From NCBI RefSeq assembly GCF_006345805.1, contig NC_043002.1, forward strand, positions 52,390,001 to 52,454,000: a stretch of DNA of 64,000 nt, in the 5' to 3' direction. Source of the stretch: Octopus sinensis (lineage: Eukaryota). This document shows, in pieces, positions 1 to 13,616 of this stretch. A model generated the notes under the pieces. The model worked only from the letters and a program-made list of their open reading frames with translations, made no database searches and had not been told where the DNA came from. Position 1 is the stretch's first letter. Each line of letters starts with the position of its first letter. The position numbers and the translations under genes were made by a program.

Positions 1-99
1 GTCATTTGTTTGTATTTAAAAGTTGTCGCTTCAAATCGGAGAATAAAATATATCATTATACAGTTATATATACATATATATATATATAAGTTACTTATA

Positions 100-520
100 G
101 GCGTAAGAGTTGCTGTATGGCAAGTAGCTTGCTTACGAACCACATGGTTCCAGGTTCAGTCCCACTGCGTGGCACCTTCGGCAAATGTCTTCTACTATAG
201 CCTCGGGCCGACCAAAGCCTTGTGAGTAGATTTGGTAGACGGAAACTGAAAGAAGCCCGTCGTATATATGTATATATATATAAATATATGTAAGTGTGTG
301 TGTATGTTTCTGTGTCTGTGTTGCCCCCGCCCCCAACATAGCTTGACAACCGATGCTGGTGTGTTTACATCCCCGTAACTTAGCGGTTCGGCAAAAGAGA
401 CCGATGCAATAAGTACTAGGCTTCCAAAGAATAAGTCCCGGGGTCGATTTGCTCGATTAAGACGGTGCTCCAGCATGGCCACAGTCAAATGACTGAAACA
501 AGTAAATGAGTAGAAGAGTA
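100..520 (+). mobile_element. tRNA-derived SINE, family A, near full length
   Basis: Head GGCGTAAGAGTTGCTGTATGGCAAGTAGCTTGC with B-box-like GGTTCAGTCCC, internal (TA)/(TG) tract, 3' half ending GACTGAAACAAGTAAA; the same sequence recurs many times in the window. Confidence 0.85.
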
Positions 521-639
521 TACATACTTATAAAGTGAGGATATAATCATTTAGAACAATTAGATTAGTGGGCAGCGTATAAAAAATACCATATCGGTAA
601 AATTAATCATATTTTTATAGCTATGTACTTAAAAATGTA

Positions 640-663
640 TAAATATATATATATATGCACATA

Positions 664-711
<48 letters not shown>

Positions 712-1804
712 GACATACATACACACATACACACACACATACATACACACACATACATACACACATACACACACACACACCGCACGTACATACTTCACAC
801 ACACACATGCAAACATACATTAGGCACATACATACATACATGCCCACACATGCACACCCTTACACTGAATGCACACACACACATCCAGGCAGCACTTTTT
901 CTCTTTCTGCCACCCCCTCTTTTCTCTTTTCGGTTCGGTTTGGCTGATGGATCCTCGGTTCCCGCGCAGCGGGGCGTTCGAGGGCCTTTGCGCTCGCGCG
1001 CCTGGGCGCGCGCTGAGGGCTTGGTCGGCCCCTTGGGCTTGCGTTGTACTGCTTGTGCGTTGTGTGCGTGAGCGCGCTTTGTGCGTGTGGGCTTGCTTCG
1101 GATGTGCGCGTACGTATGTATGCATACATACCCACACACTCGCATGCATCCCTACCCACATACATACACGCACACCTACTCACACACACACATACACACA
1201 CATACCTGCACACACACACACACATACATACACATACACATACATACCTACTTCAGACATACACACACACATACACACACACATACATACACACTCACAC
1301 ACATACACACACGCACATGCACACACTCACACATACACACACACACATACACACGCACACACACACCTACATACACACACATGCATACACACACACATAC
1401 ATACATACACACACATACATACACATACATACCTACTTCAGACATACACACACACATACACACACAACACACACGGACACACACCCATACATACATACAT
1501 CTACACACACACGCCTACACACATACATACACACATACATAAACACACACACATATACATATACACACATACGCACACACACATATACTTATACACATGC
1601 ACACACACACACACACATACATACATACACCCATATACATACATACACACATACCCACATACTCCTATACGCACATACATACACAAAGACATACACACTA
1701 CACACTCACACAAACATACACACACACATACACACACATACCTGCACACACACACACATACATACACACACACATACACACGCACACACACATACATACA
1801 CACA

Positions 1805-1843
<39 letters not shown>

Positions 1844-2216
1844 ACACACACACATACACACACACATACATACATACACACACGCACGCATACACACGCA
1901 CACACACATACATTACACACGTACACACACACCTACATACACATGCATACACACACACACACAAACATGCACGGACACACCCAGACATACACACATACAC
2001 ACACATATACACACGCCCACACACCTACATACACACACACACATACACACGCACACACACACCTACATACACACACATACATACACACACATACACGGAC
2101 ACACCCACACATACTTACATACATACACCTATACACACACGCCTACACACCTACATACACACACATGCATACACACACACATACATACACACATACACAC
2201 ACACATACATACACAC

Positions 2217-2262
<46 letters not shown>

Positions 2263-3205
2263 GCACATGCATGCATGCATGCACACGCGCCCACCTACAC
2301 GCATACACACACACACACCACGTACACATACATACATACACACACGCATACATACACCCATACACATACATGCATCCGACACACACATACATACACACAC
2401 ACACACATACATACACACACACACACTCACTCACACACACCTGTATGTACGCGCACACACATGCACATACACACACTTCCCCACATCCACACGTACATAC
2501 ATACACACTCACACACATACACACACACACACGGACATACTTCATCGCACACACTGCCACCCAGACATACACACAGACACACTCACACATCCACACACAT
2601 ACATACGTACGTGCATACTCGCAGGCACGCGCACATACGCACATACGCACTTACGCCGGCTCGCGTTGCATACGCGTCGCATACACCTCGCCCTTGGACC
2701 TGACGGGACCTCCCGCCCGTTCCTGGGACCGTCGCGTGTCGTTGGGTTTTCCCACGCCTGTCTCCGCGGTACCACTCTTCCATCTTCCCTCAGCTGGAGT
2801 CCTTTTCCTTAACCCCCCCCCCCTTTTCGTTACACACACGCGCACACATATACACACCTTGCCTATATATATACATCACTCTTACACACATTCTATCTAC
2901 TCATTAATACCACCACGACACTGGACACACACACACACACTCTACCACCACAACACACGCTACATACATACGCCCCACCCCTTCCCTCCCTCCCTTCCTC
3001 CTTCCTTCTTTTTCTTACTACTGACCTCCCTTCCTCCTTCCTTCTTTTTCTTGTCTGCTAGCTGACCACTAGTCTCGCCCTACCTCACACGCCTACACAC
3101 AGACGCACACACTAACACACACATATATTTTTTTATTTTTTTGTTTTTTCATCTCGCCTCACACACACACATACACACACGCACATGCACACACTCACAC
3201 ATACA
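640..3205. repeat. Complex (CA)n/(CATA)n/(CT)n/(TA)n microsatellite tract, possibly low-quality consensus
   Basis: About 2.5 kb of imperfect CA/TA repeats; explains the His/Thr-repeat ORFs. Confidence 0.9.
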
Positions 3206-3269
3206 CACACATCTGTTGGGTTACCAACCTTGTCTCCACTCTTTTGCCTTTAAAAACCCACTTTGCTCT

Positions 3270-3500
3270 GTTATCGTCAACATCCGCCTTTCACCATGTG
3301 CAACTCGTAAACACCAGTCGTCTTTTTTCTCTTTCCCTGTTGCCCGCTCTGGGATCTTTCTTTCCTCTCTCTTCCTTCTTTATGTTTCCGACGAAGAGCT
3401 CCGCTCGAAACGTCATACCTCCCTGCTTCCATCTCCTGAGCGCCTATTAATAATAATACTGTAATTGTTCCTGTTGTTGTTGTTTTTGTTTCCCTTTGGA
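3270..3500 (+). repeat. Decayed Penelope-type terminal repeat with hammerhead-like remnant
   Basis: CCGACGA-A-GAGC-TCC-GCTC-GAAA-CGTC at 3388-3414; downstream CCTGAGCG..TAATA shared with copies near 6651 and 34661(-). Confidence 0.5.
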
Positions 3501-3502
3501 TT

Positions 3503-3543
<41 letters not shown>

Positions 3544-4322
3544 GTTTGTTTACGTATTTTATGTTGCTTACACCGTTGGTGACGTCCTGTACCCATACAT
3601 GTATATATATATATATATATATTACTTACTCTAACTCTATAACTTATCTCCTGATAGTTATACATCATCTGTTGTATTCTATTCCGCAGTATTCCGGAAA
3701 ACCGCTTTTTAAAACAACATCCAGAACTTTCACAACATTATTTAACAAATCACAAAAAAAAAAAAAATAAAATAACAGATTCTACCCAGTATGATTTCTC
3801 AAGTTTCCCCACGCCCACCTCCGATTAAATGCATCAAAGATAGGAAAAATTTATTGGCGTTTTTCTATTCCTCTTTAATATTCTCACCCTATTTGACACA
3901 AATGTCTTCGAATCCAATTCTATGCTGTATTACTATTCATTCAACATGTCTTTTATCACGTTACCACTGATTGTGTTCTTGATGAATTTCTTTATCCTAT
4001 CGACTTTTTCGTAGCGTCTTACACCCTTACATCCAGAGTATTCTATTAATTTATACCATACATTCTCATTCGATAGCACTATATAGCAGCAACTGAAAGG
4101 AACACCATTTTTTTTTGGTGCAAGTAGGACTAATTAAATTAGGACATTTATCTAATGAAAAAGATGGGTTAAGAAGAATAATGTCAACGCATATTGTGTA
4201 TGCCTGTCTCTCTCTCTTTACACATACACACACAAACACAAGCATATACACACACATATATACGCATACATAAGCCATTCCCATAAATTCATACTTACAA
4301 AGATAATTACACTCCCACATAT

Positions 4323-4379
<57 letters not shown>

Positions 4380-4396
4380 TATACATATATATATAC

Positions 4397-4475
<79 letters not shown>

Positions 4476-4504
4476 ATATATATTATATATAATATATATA
4501 TATA

Positions 4505-4847
4505 GTGAAGGCGCATGGCTCAGTGGTTAGAGCGTCGAGCTTACGATCGTGAGGTTGTGAGCTCGAATCCCGGACCGGGCTGCGTGTTGTGTTCTTGAGC
4601 AAGGCACTTTATTTCACGTTGCTCCAGTTCACTCAGCTGTAGAAATGAGTTGCGACGTCACTGGTGCCAAGCTGTATCGACCTTTGTCTTTCCCTTGGAT
4701 AACACTGGTGGTGTGGAGAGGGGAGGCTGGTATGCATGGGCGACTGCTGGTCTTCCATAAACAACCTTGCCCGGACTTGTGTCTAGGAGGGTAACTTTCT
4801 AGGTGCAATCCCATGGTCATTCATGAACGAAGGGGGTCTTTACCCTT

Positions 4848-4848
<1 letters not shown>
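4505..4848 (+). mobile_element. tRNA-derived SINE, family B, full length, inside (TA)n
   Basis: A box TGGCTCAGTGG, B box AGCTCGAATCC, body GTGTTCTTGAGCAAGGCACTTT, tail TTTACCCTTT; (TA)n on both sides. Confidence 0.85.
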
Positions 4849-4883
<35 letters not shown>

Positions 4884-5556
4884 GATATATATATGTATGT
4901 ATATATATATATATGAATATGTATACACAAATATACATATGTGTGTGTATGTATGCATTTACGCATATATCTATGTATCACTCCCTCTCTCCATCTCTCT
5001 CTTTCTCTTTATTATATATATATTCGTTTAGTAAGCAGTTTCAAGCGAAACAACTTGCCGATTGTCACGAATCATTTCATCTATAGATACTTTATATACA
5101 TTTATATATACATACGCTTACACAAATATACACAAATATAGATATATATATATACATACCTATGCATGCATCTTTCTATGCGTATAGATTACACATGATT
5201 TAATGTCAGATGAATAATGATTATTTCATTTCCTCCTTTCTGACCGAATTACTAATAAATTTACATTTATCTATTTATTCATCTAATATCTCGCTCCTGC
5301 CGTTTTTTTATTGAGCTATTCACTCGCAAAGCTATATATGCACTCGCACACTTTCCTACTCTCTCTCTTTCTTACTCTCTTTCTTTCTCTATCTTTCCCT
5401 CTCTTTCTTTCTCTGTCTTCCTCTTTTTATCTTTCTCCTTTTGTCACTTACAAACACGTACATACATACATACATTCATATGTATATGCACAAATATTAC
5501 TAAATTTGTATGATACATTACGTAAACCATTTTATTCTATAACCTCACTAGTAGCT

Positions 5557-5595
<39 letters not shown>

Positions 5596-5613
5596 ACCTA
5601 CATACATACATAC

Positions 5614-5650
<37 letters not shown>

Positions 5651-5907
5651 TTTACAGTTACCCACACGCTCTGTAAAATAACTGCATATATTTGCGTATA
5701 TATCCCACAATCATCACCTAAACACTCAAATATACACACACGCAAACCCACACGCACACACACACACACACCACACACTTATATGTATTATAAACATAAA
5801 TGCATTCATGCATACATACATACATACATGCATACATGCATACATGCATACATACATACATACATGCATACATACATACATACATATATACATACATACA
5901 TGCATAT

Positions 5908-5977
<70 letters not shown>

Positions 5978-6539
5978 TCACATTCGCATGGGCGTAATTA
6001 CGTATCATCAGTAATCTTTTGCTCCACAGTTTCTATGTAACTGTATGGATGCCACCATATTTTTCATACGCATCTCCTTATTTCTTATATTCTCTAACAC
6101 CGTGTTCTGTATTCCTTACCGTTATGCTCAATCTTTTCTTTTCTATCTTTCTTATCTCTCTTTTTCTCTCACGCTGTCTCTCTTTGTCTCTTTTTCTACT
6201 TTTACATAAGAAGTTCGTCTCGACCTCAGATGTATACATGGTAACTCCATCGATTTTAACGAAGAATATTTCAGATTTGGTTGCTGTTTCTTACAGATCA
6301 ACACTCGCTTATATGTTCTTTTTGTTAACTCATAGAGAACTCGTTTGAATATCAGCGTAGGACTGTGTCAGTGAAGATTGAATAGGATTTTAAACAGTGT
6401 AAGCACATGTACAAGCGACGCCCATACAAATCAAATCGCATCAACAATCAAGAAATTCGAGGTATAGGAACTTTCGTGAACTAGAACCCACAGACTTTCA
6501 CGCACGCACATACCCACACATATACACACATACCTGCTT

Positions 6540-6760
6540 CTCAGAACGTTTCTTCACCCTTTCCCTTCCGGTGGTTTCAAAATGCGACCACATGTGAGTC
6601 ATTGGCGACTTTTTCACTCTGTCATCTTTTTCTATTGGACTTTCCTGTCTCTGAAGAAGAGCTTTGCTCGAAACGTAAAACCACCTTTCTTTCCTTCCCT
6701 GAGCGTCTGCTAATACTTTACATGTACCACGTCCTCGCATTGATTTTTTTGTGTTTGTTA
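6540..6760 (+). repeat. Decayed Penelope-type terminal repeat with hammerhead-like core
   Basis: CTGAAGA-A-GAGC-TTT-GCTC-GAAA-CGTA at 6651-6677; stem I only partly pairs. Confidence 0.55.
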
Positions 6761-6802
6761 TTCGAATATTGGATTTACTATATACAAACTTGTATTGTGT
6801 AT

Positions 6803-7024
6803 ACTCCTTACTCTTTTACTTGTTTCAGTCATTTGATTGCAGCCATGCTGGAGCACCGCCTTCAATCGAGCAACTCGACCCCGGGACTTATTCTTTTGTA
6901 AGCCCAGTACTTATTCTATCGGTCTCTTTTGCCGAACCACTAAGTAACGGGTACATAAACACACCAGCATCGGTTGTCAAGCAATGCTAGGAGGACAAAC
7001 ACAGACACACAAACACGCATACGC

Positions 7025-7055
<31 letters not shown>

Positions 7056-7220
7056 TACGATGGGCTTCTTTCAGTTTCCGCCTACCAAATCCACTCACAA
7101 GGCTTTGGTCGGCCCGAGGCTATAGTAGAAGACACTTGCCCAAGGTGCCACGCAGTGGGACTGAACCCAGAACCATGTGGTTGGTAAACAAGCTACTTAC
7201 CACACAGCCACTCCTACGCC
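6803..7220 (-). mobile_element. SINE family A, full length
   Basis: Reverse complement of the 100-520 and 45257-45688 element; the head ends CACTCCTACGCC on the + strand. Confidence 0.88.
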
Positions 7221-7536
7221 TGTATATTTACTTTTACTATCCCCAGGCTATGTTTATTTACACACACAGACATGGTCAATGTTAATGGGGAAAACAACCC
7301 CGCGAAGTTTTCGGCGGCTGCTGCAATGGCAACGAAAAATAATGATATTCCTGTAGACATGCTACAGGAATATTTTTAAATGATGTAGGAAGAAGACGTT
7401 GATATTAAAATAACACCTTCCTCCAATACGGTTGAAACGGATAGAAAAGCAATTATGTTTAAGTCGTATTGTCCTGACAACAGAAGTTTTAAACACTTCG
7501 AAAAAGAAGAGATAGAAAAATTCTTGCTCCTATATT

Positions 7537-7590
7537 TGACCCCGATATGTGACCCTCGATATGTGACCCCCGATATGTGACCACAATATG
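7537..7590. repeat. 13-14 bp tandem repeat, 4 copies
   Basis: TGACCCCGATATG / TGACCCTCGATATG / TGACCCCCGATATG / TGACCACAATATG. Confidence 0.85.
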
Positions 7591-7917
7591 TCAGAATCGA
7601 CGGTATTTTCCTTGAAAACTTCTACATCTTAGACAATCACGTATACTCAAATATAAAACCTGGACAAATTAAAAATAAAGAACTCTTCTCTAATGCTCTG
7701 AAACTAAGCCTCTCCCGACAACCCCCTTCCTTTTCATATCGAAGCAAATACGTATAATTTATTTCCATTAATATTTAGCGATCTCTGTCAGTAAAATGTA
7801 TTGTCTTCACTTCTGAACATAGATATTTGTTTCCTAACAAGCAATTATAATATTCGATTGAGATGTTCAACAAAGTCGAGATATTTAGAAATTAAAAAAA
7901 AATCGAACCAAAATCCC

Positions 7918-7920
7918 CAC

Positions 7921-7954
<34 letters not shown>

Positions 7955-7980
7955 CACACACACACGCACACACACATACA

Positions 7981-8019
<39 letters not shown>

Positions 8020-8345
8020 ACACACACAAATGAAATATTTTACAAAGAAGGCGTTATTTTTATAATGGAATTTGGAGGATATTGTCATAAACAACATTCT
8101 CGCGTCTTTGTATTTTTTACCTGGATCGTATTCTCCTGCTATACTTTTCTTTCATTCTTTCTTTCATTCTTTCATTCTTTCTTTCTTTCTTTCTTTCTTT
8201 CTCCCCCCCGTTTTATTCATTCATTGTCTATTTTGCCACTATCTTCCCTGCCACCACCGCCCCCATCACTTCCGTTGCCATCGCCACCGTCGCCCCGCCA
8301 CCGCCACCACCGTTGCCGCCGCCGCCGCCGCAGCCACATTTTCTA
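7918..8345. repeat. (CA)n, (TTTC)n and (CCG/CCA)n simple repeats
   Basis: Directly visible simple-repeat tracts. Confidence 0.85.
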
Positions 8346-9977
8346 CTACCCACACCGCTGCCAGTGCCTCCCCTGCCATCTTTATCGGCTATAAACATTT
8401 CCAAGAGTGTGAAAGAAAGAGAAAGACAAAGGTAAGAATAAAGAAGGGTCAGTACTTAGCAGTGCACAGTTAAATTACCGATACCGAGAGAATGAATGAT
8501 AGAGTTGACCATGGCGAGATGTGAACTCAGAAAGGGCCGAAAATCAGAACAAGTACCAGAAGGCATTTTACCGATACTCTAACGATTATGCAACCGATAG
8601 CCCTAATAATCTTTAAATGTGACAGAAGACGAACATTTTGGTGAAAAGGGTTATTTGATGAGATGAGCAATAAAGAGCAGACGGGATTTGAACTCAACGC
8701 GCAGATAACCAGAACAAATAGTGCAAGGTATTCTATCAGGCTTTCTCATGACTTTGTCAGTTCAATGCATTAACATCTGCAACTCCATAGGCAGGAAATT
8801 GAAAATATATTATCTTTAAAATTAATTAAAAAGAATCGATTTTGTTCTGTTCTTGAGTTTCACTTGTTTGGAAAGTGATTTGATCTGAAACCGTGTATTG
8901 AGATTAAAACAAATGCATCGACCTAGAGTAATTTTAACTATGAAAAAACACTCATATATTATCATACACAGGTTTACATTTTTCATGATTTTGTAATAAA
9001 GTATATTTTAGGACGGGTGGCATGATAACATTATCTTTGATGTGTTAAAAATTATACAATATTGAAAACATTGTTGATTATCTAAACAAAACTGATTAAT
9101 TTGGAGAGAAATCTATAAACCTAACGAGCGAAAATCTACAGGGTTGTGGTACGCCCTGCTGCCAACAGTTGCGTAATTACACAAAAACATTACATTCTAC
9201 AATCTAAAATATAGAAGGATATTTTTGAAAATTTTGATATATAAACAGACAGGTCATGGCTGGAAAGCATCTGACCATAGCGGTGTTCGACCAAAGATGA
9301 ACTGGAACTAAGCAACGTTTATAACAAAAAAGTAAACAAATTAAATCACCAGGATAATTCAAACGTAAGAGTTCAATTTCTAGAATCAATATTACTTTTT
9401 GTCTCCAGTCAGGGTCATCGATTCATGATTATCATTTCTCTTTTACAAATAACGAATTTGAAACCATTATAACAAAACCACGGAGAGAAAAACGACGCTT
9501 TTAATATCATAGTAAAGCGGCCATAGAGACACAACAATCTGCACCTTTTTAAACCACTGCATTGATAAAATAAACACTAGTAATATATCCGTGTCGATTC
9601 AATTAACATTGCTCTTGTGCCTAGTTTAAAGAAAACACTAATATTGCATAAGTAGCGTATTAAACCACCGAGGAGGCCTGTACGCAATCGCTCGAGTTTC
9701 GAGTAAGAGTAGTTCTATTATCCTTCAAAATCATACGTGTTGTTTCTATTTGCTCTTGTCTGCTCAACCGAAAACGAATACCAACATAATGTAGGTGCTG
9801 TCCTCTCACCCTCAATCTATCACATGCTTGATCTTTCGTTAGATGAAGGGTGCCAGGCCCAGTGTCTGTCTATGTTGGCTCATAAATACACAGGTGCCTG
9901 AAACTAGTGAGGACATCATGGTATTTGCTACCAGGTCGTAGTCCCTTGCGAGTAATGGTTATGTATTTTTAAAATAT

Positions 9978-10228
9978 ACTACCACCTCCACCAACACAAC
10001 CACTACCACCACCACCACCAGCCGCATCCTCCTCCTCCTCCTCATCATCATCACCAGCAGCAGCGTAACCACCGCCACCACCACCACCATCATCACTACC
10101 ACCATCACAGCCATCAGTACACTACCACCAGTAGCACTAACACCAGCACCACCGGCACCATTAGTACTACTAGTACCAGCGACATTATCACCACTACCAC
10201 CAGCACCAGTGCCACCATCAACAACAAT
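9978..10228. repeat. Degenerate (ACC)n/(CAT)n/(CCT)n trinucleotide tract
   Basis: Mixed trinucleotide repeats. Confidence 0.8.
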
Positions 10229-10309
10229 ATTAAAACTGTAAAAGTTTATGCAAGTTCCTACTCATATCAGTTGACAATGTATATTACTTTACATGAAGAC
10301 AGTGAAACA

Positions 10310-10510
10310 GCAGGGGAGTTAGCGCGCTAGACAAAATATTTAGTGGTATTTTGTCCGTCTTTACGTTCTGAGTCTGAATTCCGCCGAGGTCGACTTTACC
10401 TTTCATCCTTTCGGCGTCGATAAAATAAGTACCAGTTGAGTACTTGGGTCAATGTAATCAACTAATCCCTCCCTCCGAAATTGCTGGTCTTGTGTCAACA
10501 TTTAAAACCA
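10310..10510 (+). mobile_element. SINE family C
   Basis: GTTCTGAGTCTGAATTCCGCCGAGGTCGACTTTACCTTTCATCCTTTCGG core; also on the - strand near 11985-12110, 26980-27155, 45890-45995 and 58805-59030. Confidence 0.75.
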
Positions 10511-11754
10511 ATATTATTTCACATAGAGTAATAAATCCCTCTAAAGAAGAAAAAAATAATAAACAGCTCGTGTTCCACATTCAATCAAGTGAAATACAGA
10601 GCTTTTATTGCTAATCAAAACAAAAGCTAATACTCTTCTCCAATGAACCAATATGCTAATTGTTTTGTTTATTTTAAATAGTAGAGTGCTCATAACCTTG
10701 TCCTCTTTTCCTACGCTACCTAATCATAACATTCAAACAACAGTGCCACGTTACCTTTTTATTTGTGCAATTGCATAAACAATATGCACAGGAAATAATG
10801 CATTAACAAATTGCATTATTTTAATTTATAATGAGTTGCACAAAGAATGTGTTCTTAGCGACCATCCCCAATATGTTTAATCTGCATATCATGATGAAAA
10901 AAGATTTGTATAGAAGAAACAAATGGCGACAATGAAAAGAAGGAAAGAAAAATAAAAAAAAATTAAATAATTAAAATTAATAAAAATTGCATTCCTAACT
11001 TCCCACCCCCAACATATAATAAAGTAACATTAACAACGGAAACAAGAACAAAACCACCATCAGTAAATTTAGCCAAGAAAATTAGCCACAACAACCAAAT
11101 GTAACGAGAAGTCGGACAAAGCGACTGGCAAGAAGTGCTTCGTTGAAAATACCACATGCGCACGGACATGTGTGTTGGAGCACACATACACATACATACA
11201 ATGAAACCCACATACTGCCTCCGCATATACTAATTCTACATCGACCAAAAGCATCATGAATATATTGATTCTTTTCATGTGTAAATTAATTTTCAGTTCA
11301 TCTAGTAGAGGCATGTATTTACTGAGAGTGCTCTACAACTACATAGGGGCTATGTCTAATGCCTATCTGAAACAAATTAAAAGGAAAAAAATGAATCTCA
11401 AGAATACCCATATTGATAATCTACAGGATTGAGTTGCTGCCTCACAGAATTTGGCATATTTTCTGTTATTTTGTTATAAACCACTTGTATATAATGAACT
11501 TTCTGCAATCAAAGGGGACGAGGTTTCTAGTTGTCTTGATTACGTTTCATTTTTTGCACCAATCTTCTTCACGCTTTTCCTTACCTTTTGTTTTTACTGT
11601 CCGGTGTCCTTGTTTTAAAAATGTATAACGTATAAACAGATCCTGAAAGATTGCCTTAAGATACACGGCGTATTTTATAAATATACCTGTTCAATTATCA
11701 TAAAAGCATGAAAGTATTAGTAGCTCTTTCAGTTGTGTATTTAAATTTATACAG

Positions 11755-11892
<138 letters not shown>

Positions 11893-11984
11893 GCATACCT
11901 TGAAATAATTATATCGATGTAATGTTATTACGGTTGTAGATAAAAAGTGTATATCTTATATTTTCTTTTCTAATCTAGGCTCAA

Positions 11985-12110
11985 GGCTCGAAATTTTGGG
12001 GGAAGGGGCCAGTCGATTAGATCGACCCCAGTACAACCCCGAAAGTATGAAAGGCAAAGTCGACCTCGACAGAATTTGAACTCAGAACATAATGACAGAC
12101 GAAAAAGCTG
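11985..12110 (-). mobile_element. SINE family C fragment
   Basis: AAAGGCAAAGTCGACCTCGACAGAATTTGAACTCAGAAC is the reverse complement of the family C core. Confidence 0.7.
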
Positions 12111-13616
12111 TATATTTTATGAGACAAAAAAAAAAGACCTTCTTAGGTTTCAACAGAGAACGAATGCATAGCTACCGTCACAGTTCACCGAGGTTTTCCA
12201 AACTTCACTGTTTGTGTTACTGTTTCATTTCCACATAGTTGAAAGAAATGTTAACTCCAGCCTCACTTAAGTTCTGAATCATGCCCAATATAACTGAATG
12301 AAATATCAGGTTAACAATTTCTACAATACTGAATCTGCTTTACTGTGTTTAAAACCATTGCGTAATTAATGTACGTAAAACATTCAGTACAGATGATGAT
12401 ATCCGGATCGGACATAAGAAAACTAGCATCGGGAGACAAATATAACATAAAGTGAAAAACACACACACACACGCACACGGACACACATACGCAAACACAC
12501 ACACACGCACATATATGCGACGAGCTTCTTCATTCAATCTACAAAATTCACTAACAAGGCATTAGTCAGCACGGGGTTAAAAGTGACAATTCCCCAAGAT
12601 ATAAAACAGTGGGACTGAGTCTGAAACCACGTGGTTACAAAACAAGGTTCTTAGAAAACAAACACAGCCATACCTGAGGCTATAATAAAAATAAATATAA
12701 CCTTTAAATATTTTCCATATTGTATAATCGGTATAGATTTTTCTGTGTCTGGAAGAAAGAATGAGAGATATGAATACCATATCAAGATCTGAACTCAGAA
12801 TAGCAAGAAAAGAATTGGAAACCCTAAAATATTTAGTCTACTACTCTATTACTGTCTCAGTACGTACTTACACATTATATATACTTATTTATGTATATAT
12901 CTATGTATGTGTACCTGTGAATGCTTATGTGTATAAATTATCATTAGTTTTCGAGGCGAATGAAGTAGAAATCAATTAATTACAAGGGAATAAGATCAAT
13001 GAATTTTAATATCGATAGAAGGCAGAAGCGTGAGGTTAATCGAATTTCAAATTGTAAAACCTTATTAAGAATGCATCATAGAATACCTTTGATTTGAAAA
13101 AAAGGGAGGTAGCAGTTAAATTTCTGATGAAAATAGTACAAATAAAGGAAGTACATGTGAATTTTGATGACTACAAAAATATAGGAAGCAAAATATTAAA
13201 ACAGACAATAAAATTAATGAAAAATTATGAGAAAAGGTGATCGATGTAATTTGCTTGCATTAATTGGTGCTTTCTTTGTTTCGATTTGAAAGACTACTAA
13301 TTCCTGATTACTTTTTAATGGAAACTTCTAATAATGGTTATTGCACAAAAATAAATAAAAATTACATTGTATCTCCAAAAATTCAGACTACTAGATGTCA
13401 TTTATTATGTCGACAATATTTCGATGCTGTGGTAGTAAAAAGCGATTTGCGGTAAAATCGCGGTTAGGCAGTTCAATTCTAAGATGACGGTGACTTAGAA
13501 AAGAGCAGCTCTAAACATGCATTGTGATTTGTAAGAAACAATATATAGATAGAACTATATTCTTTAAAAAAATCTTTTAGCTCTATAGGGATTTCACATA
13601 ACCATAAAATGGAATA

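Noticed and set aside
869-3065. 647-aa and 673-aa ORFs rich in His/Thr
   Set aside because: Translations of (CA)n/(CATA)n microsatellite with no domain content.
4510-4582. tRNA-like sequence
   Set aside because: It continues into a SINE body and tail, so it is a SINE head, not a tRNA gene.
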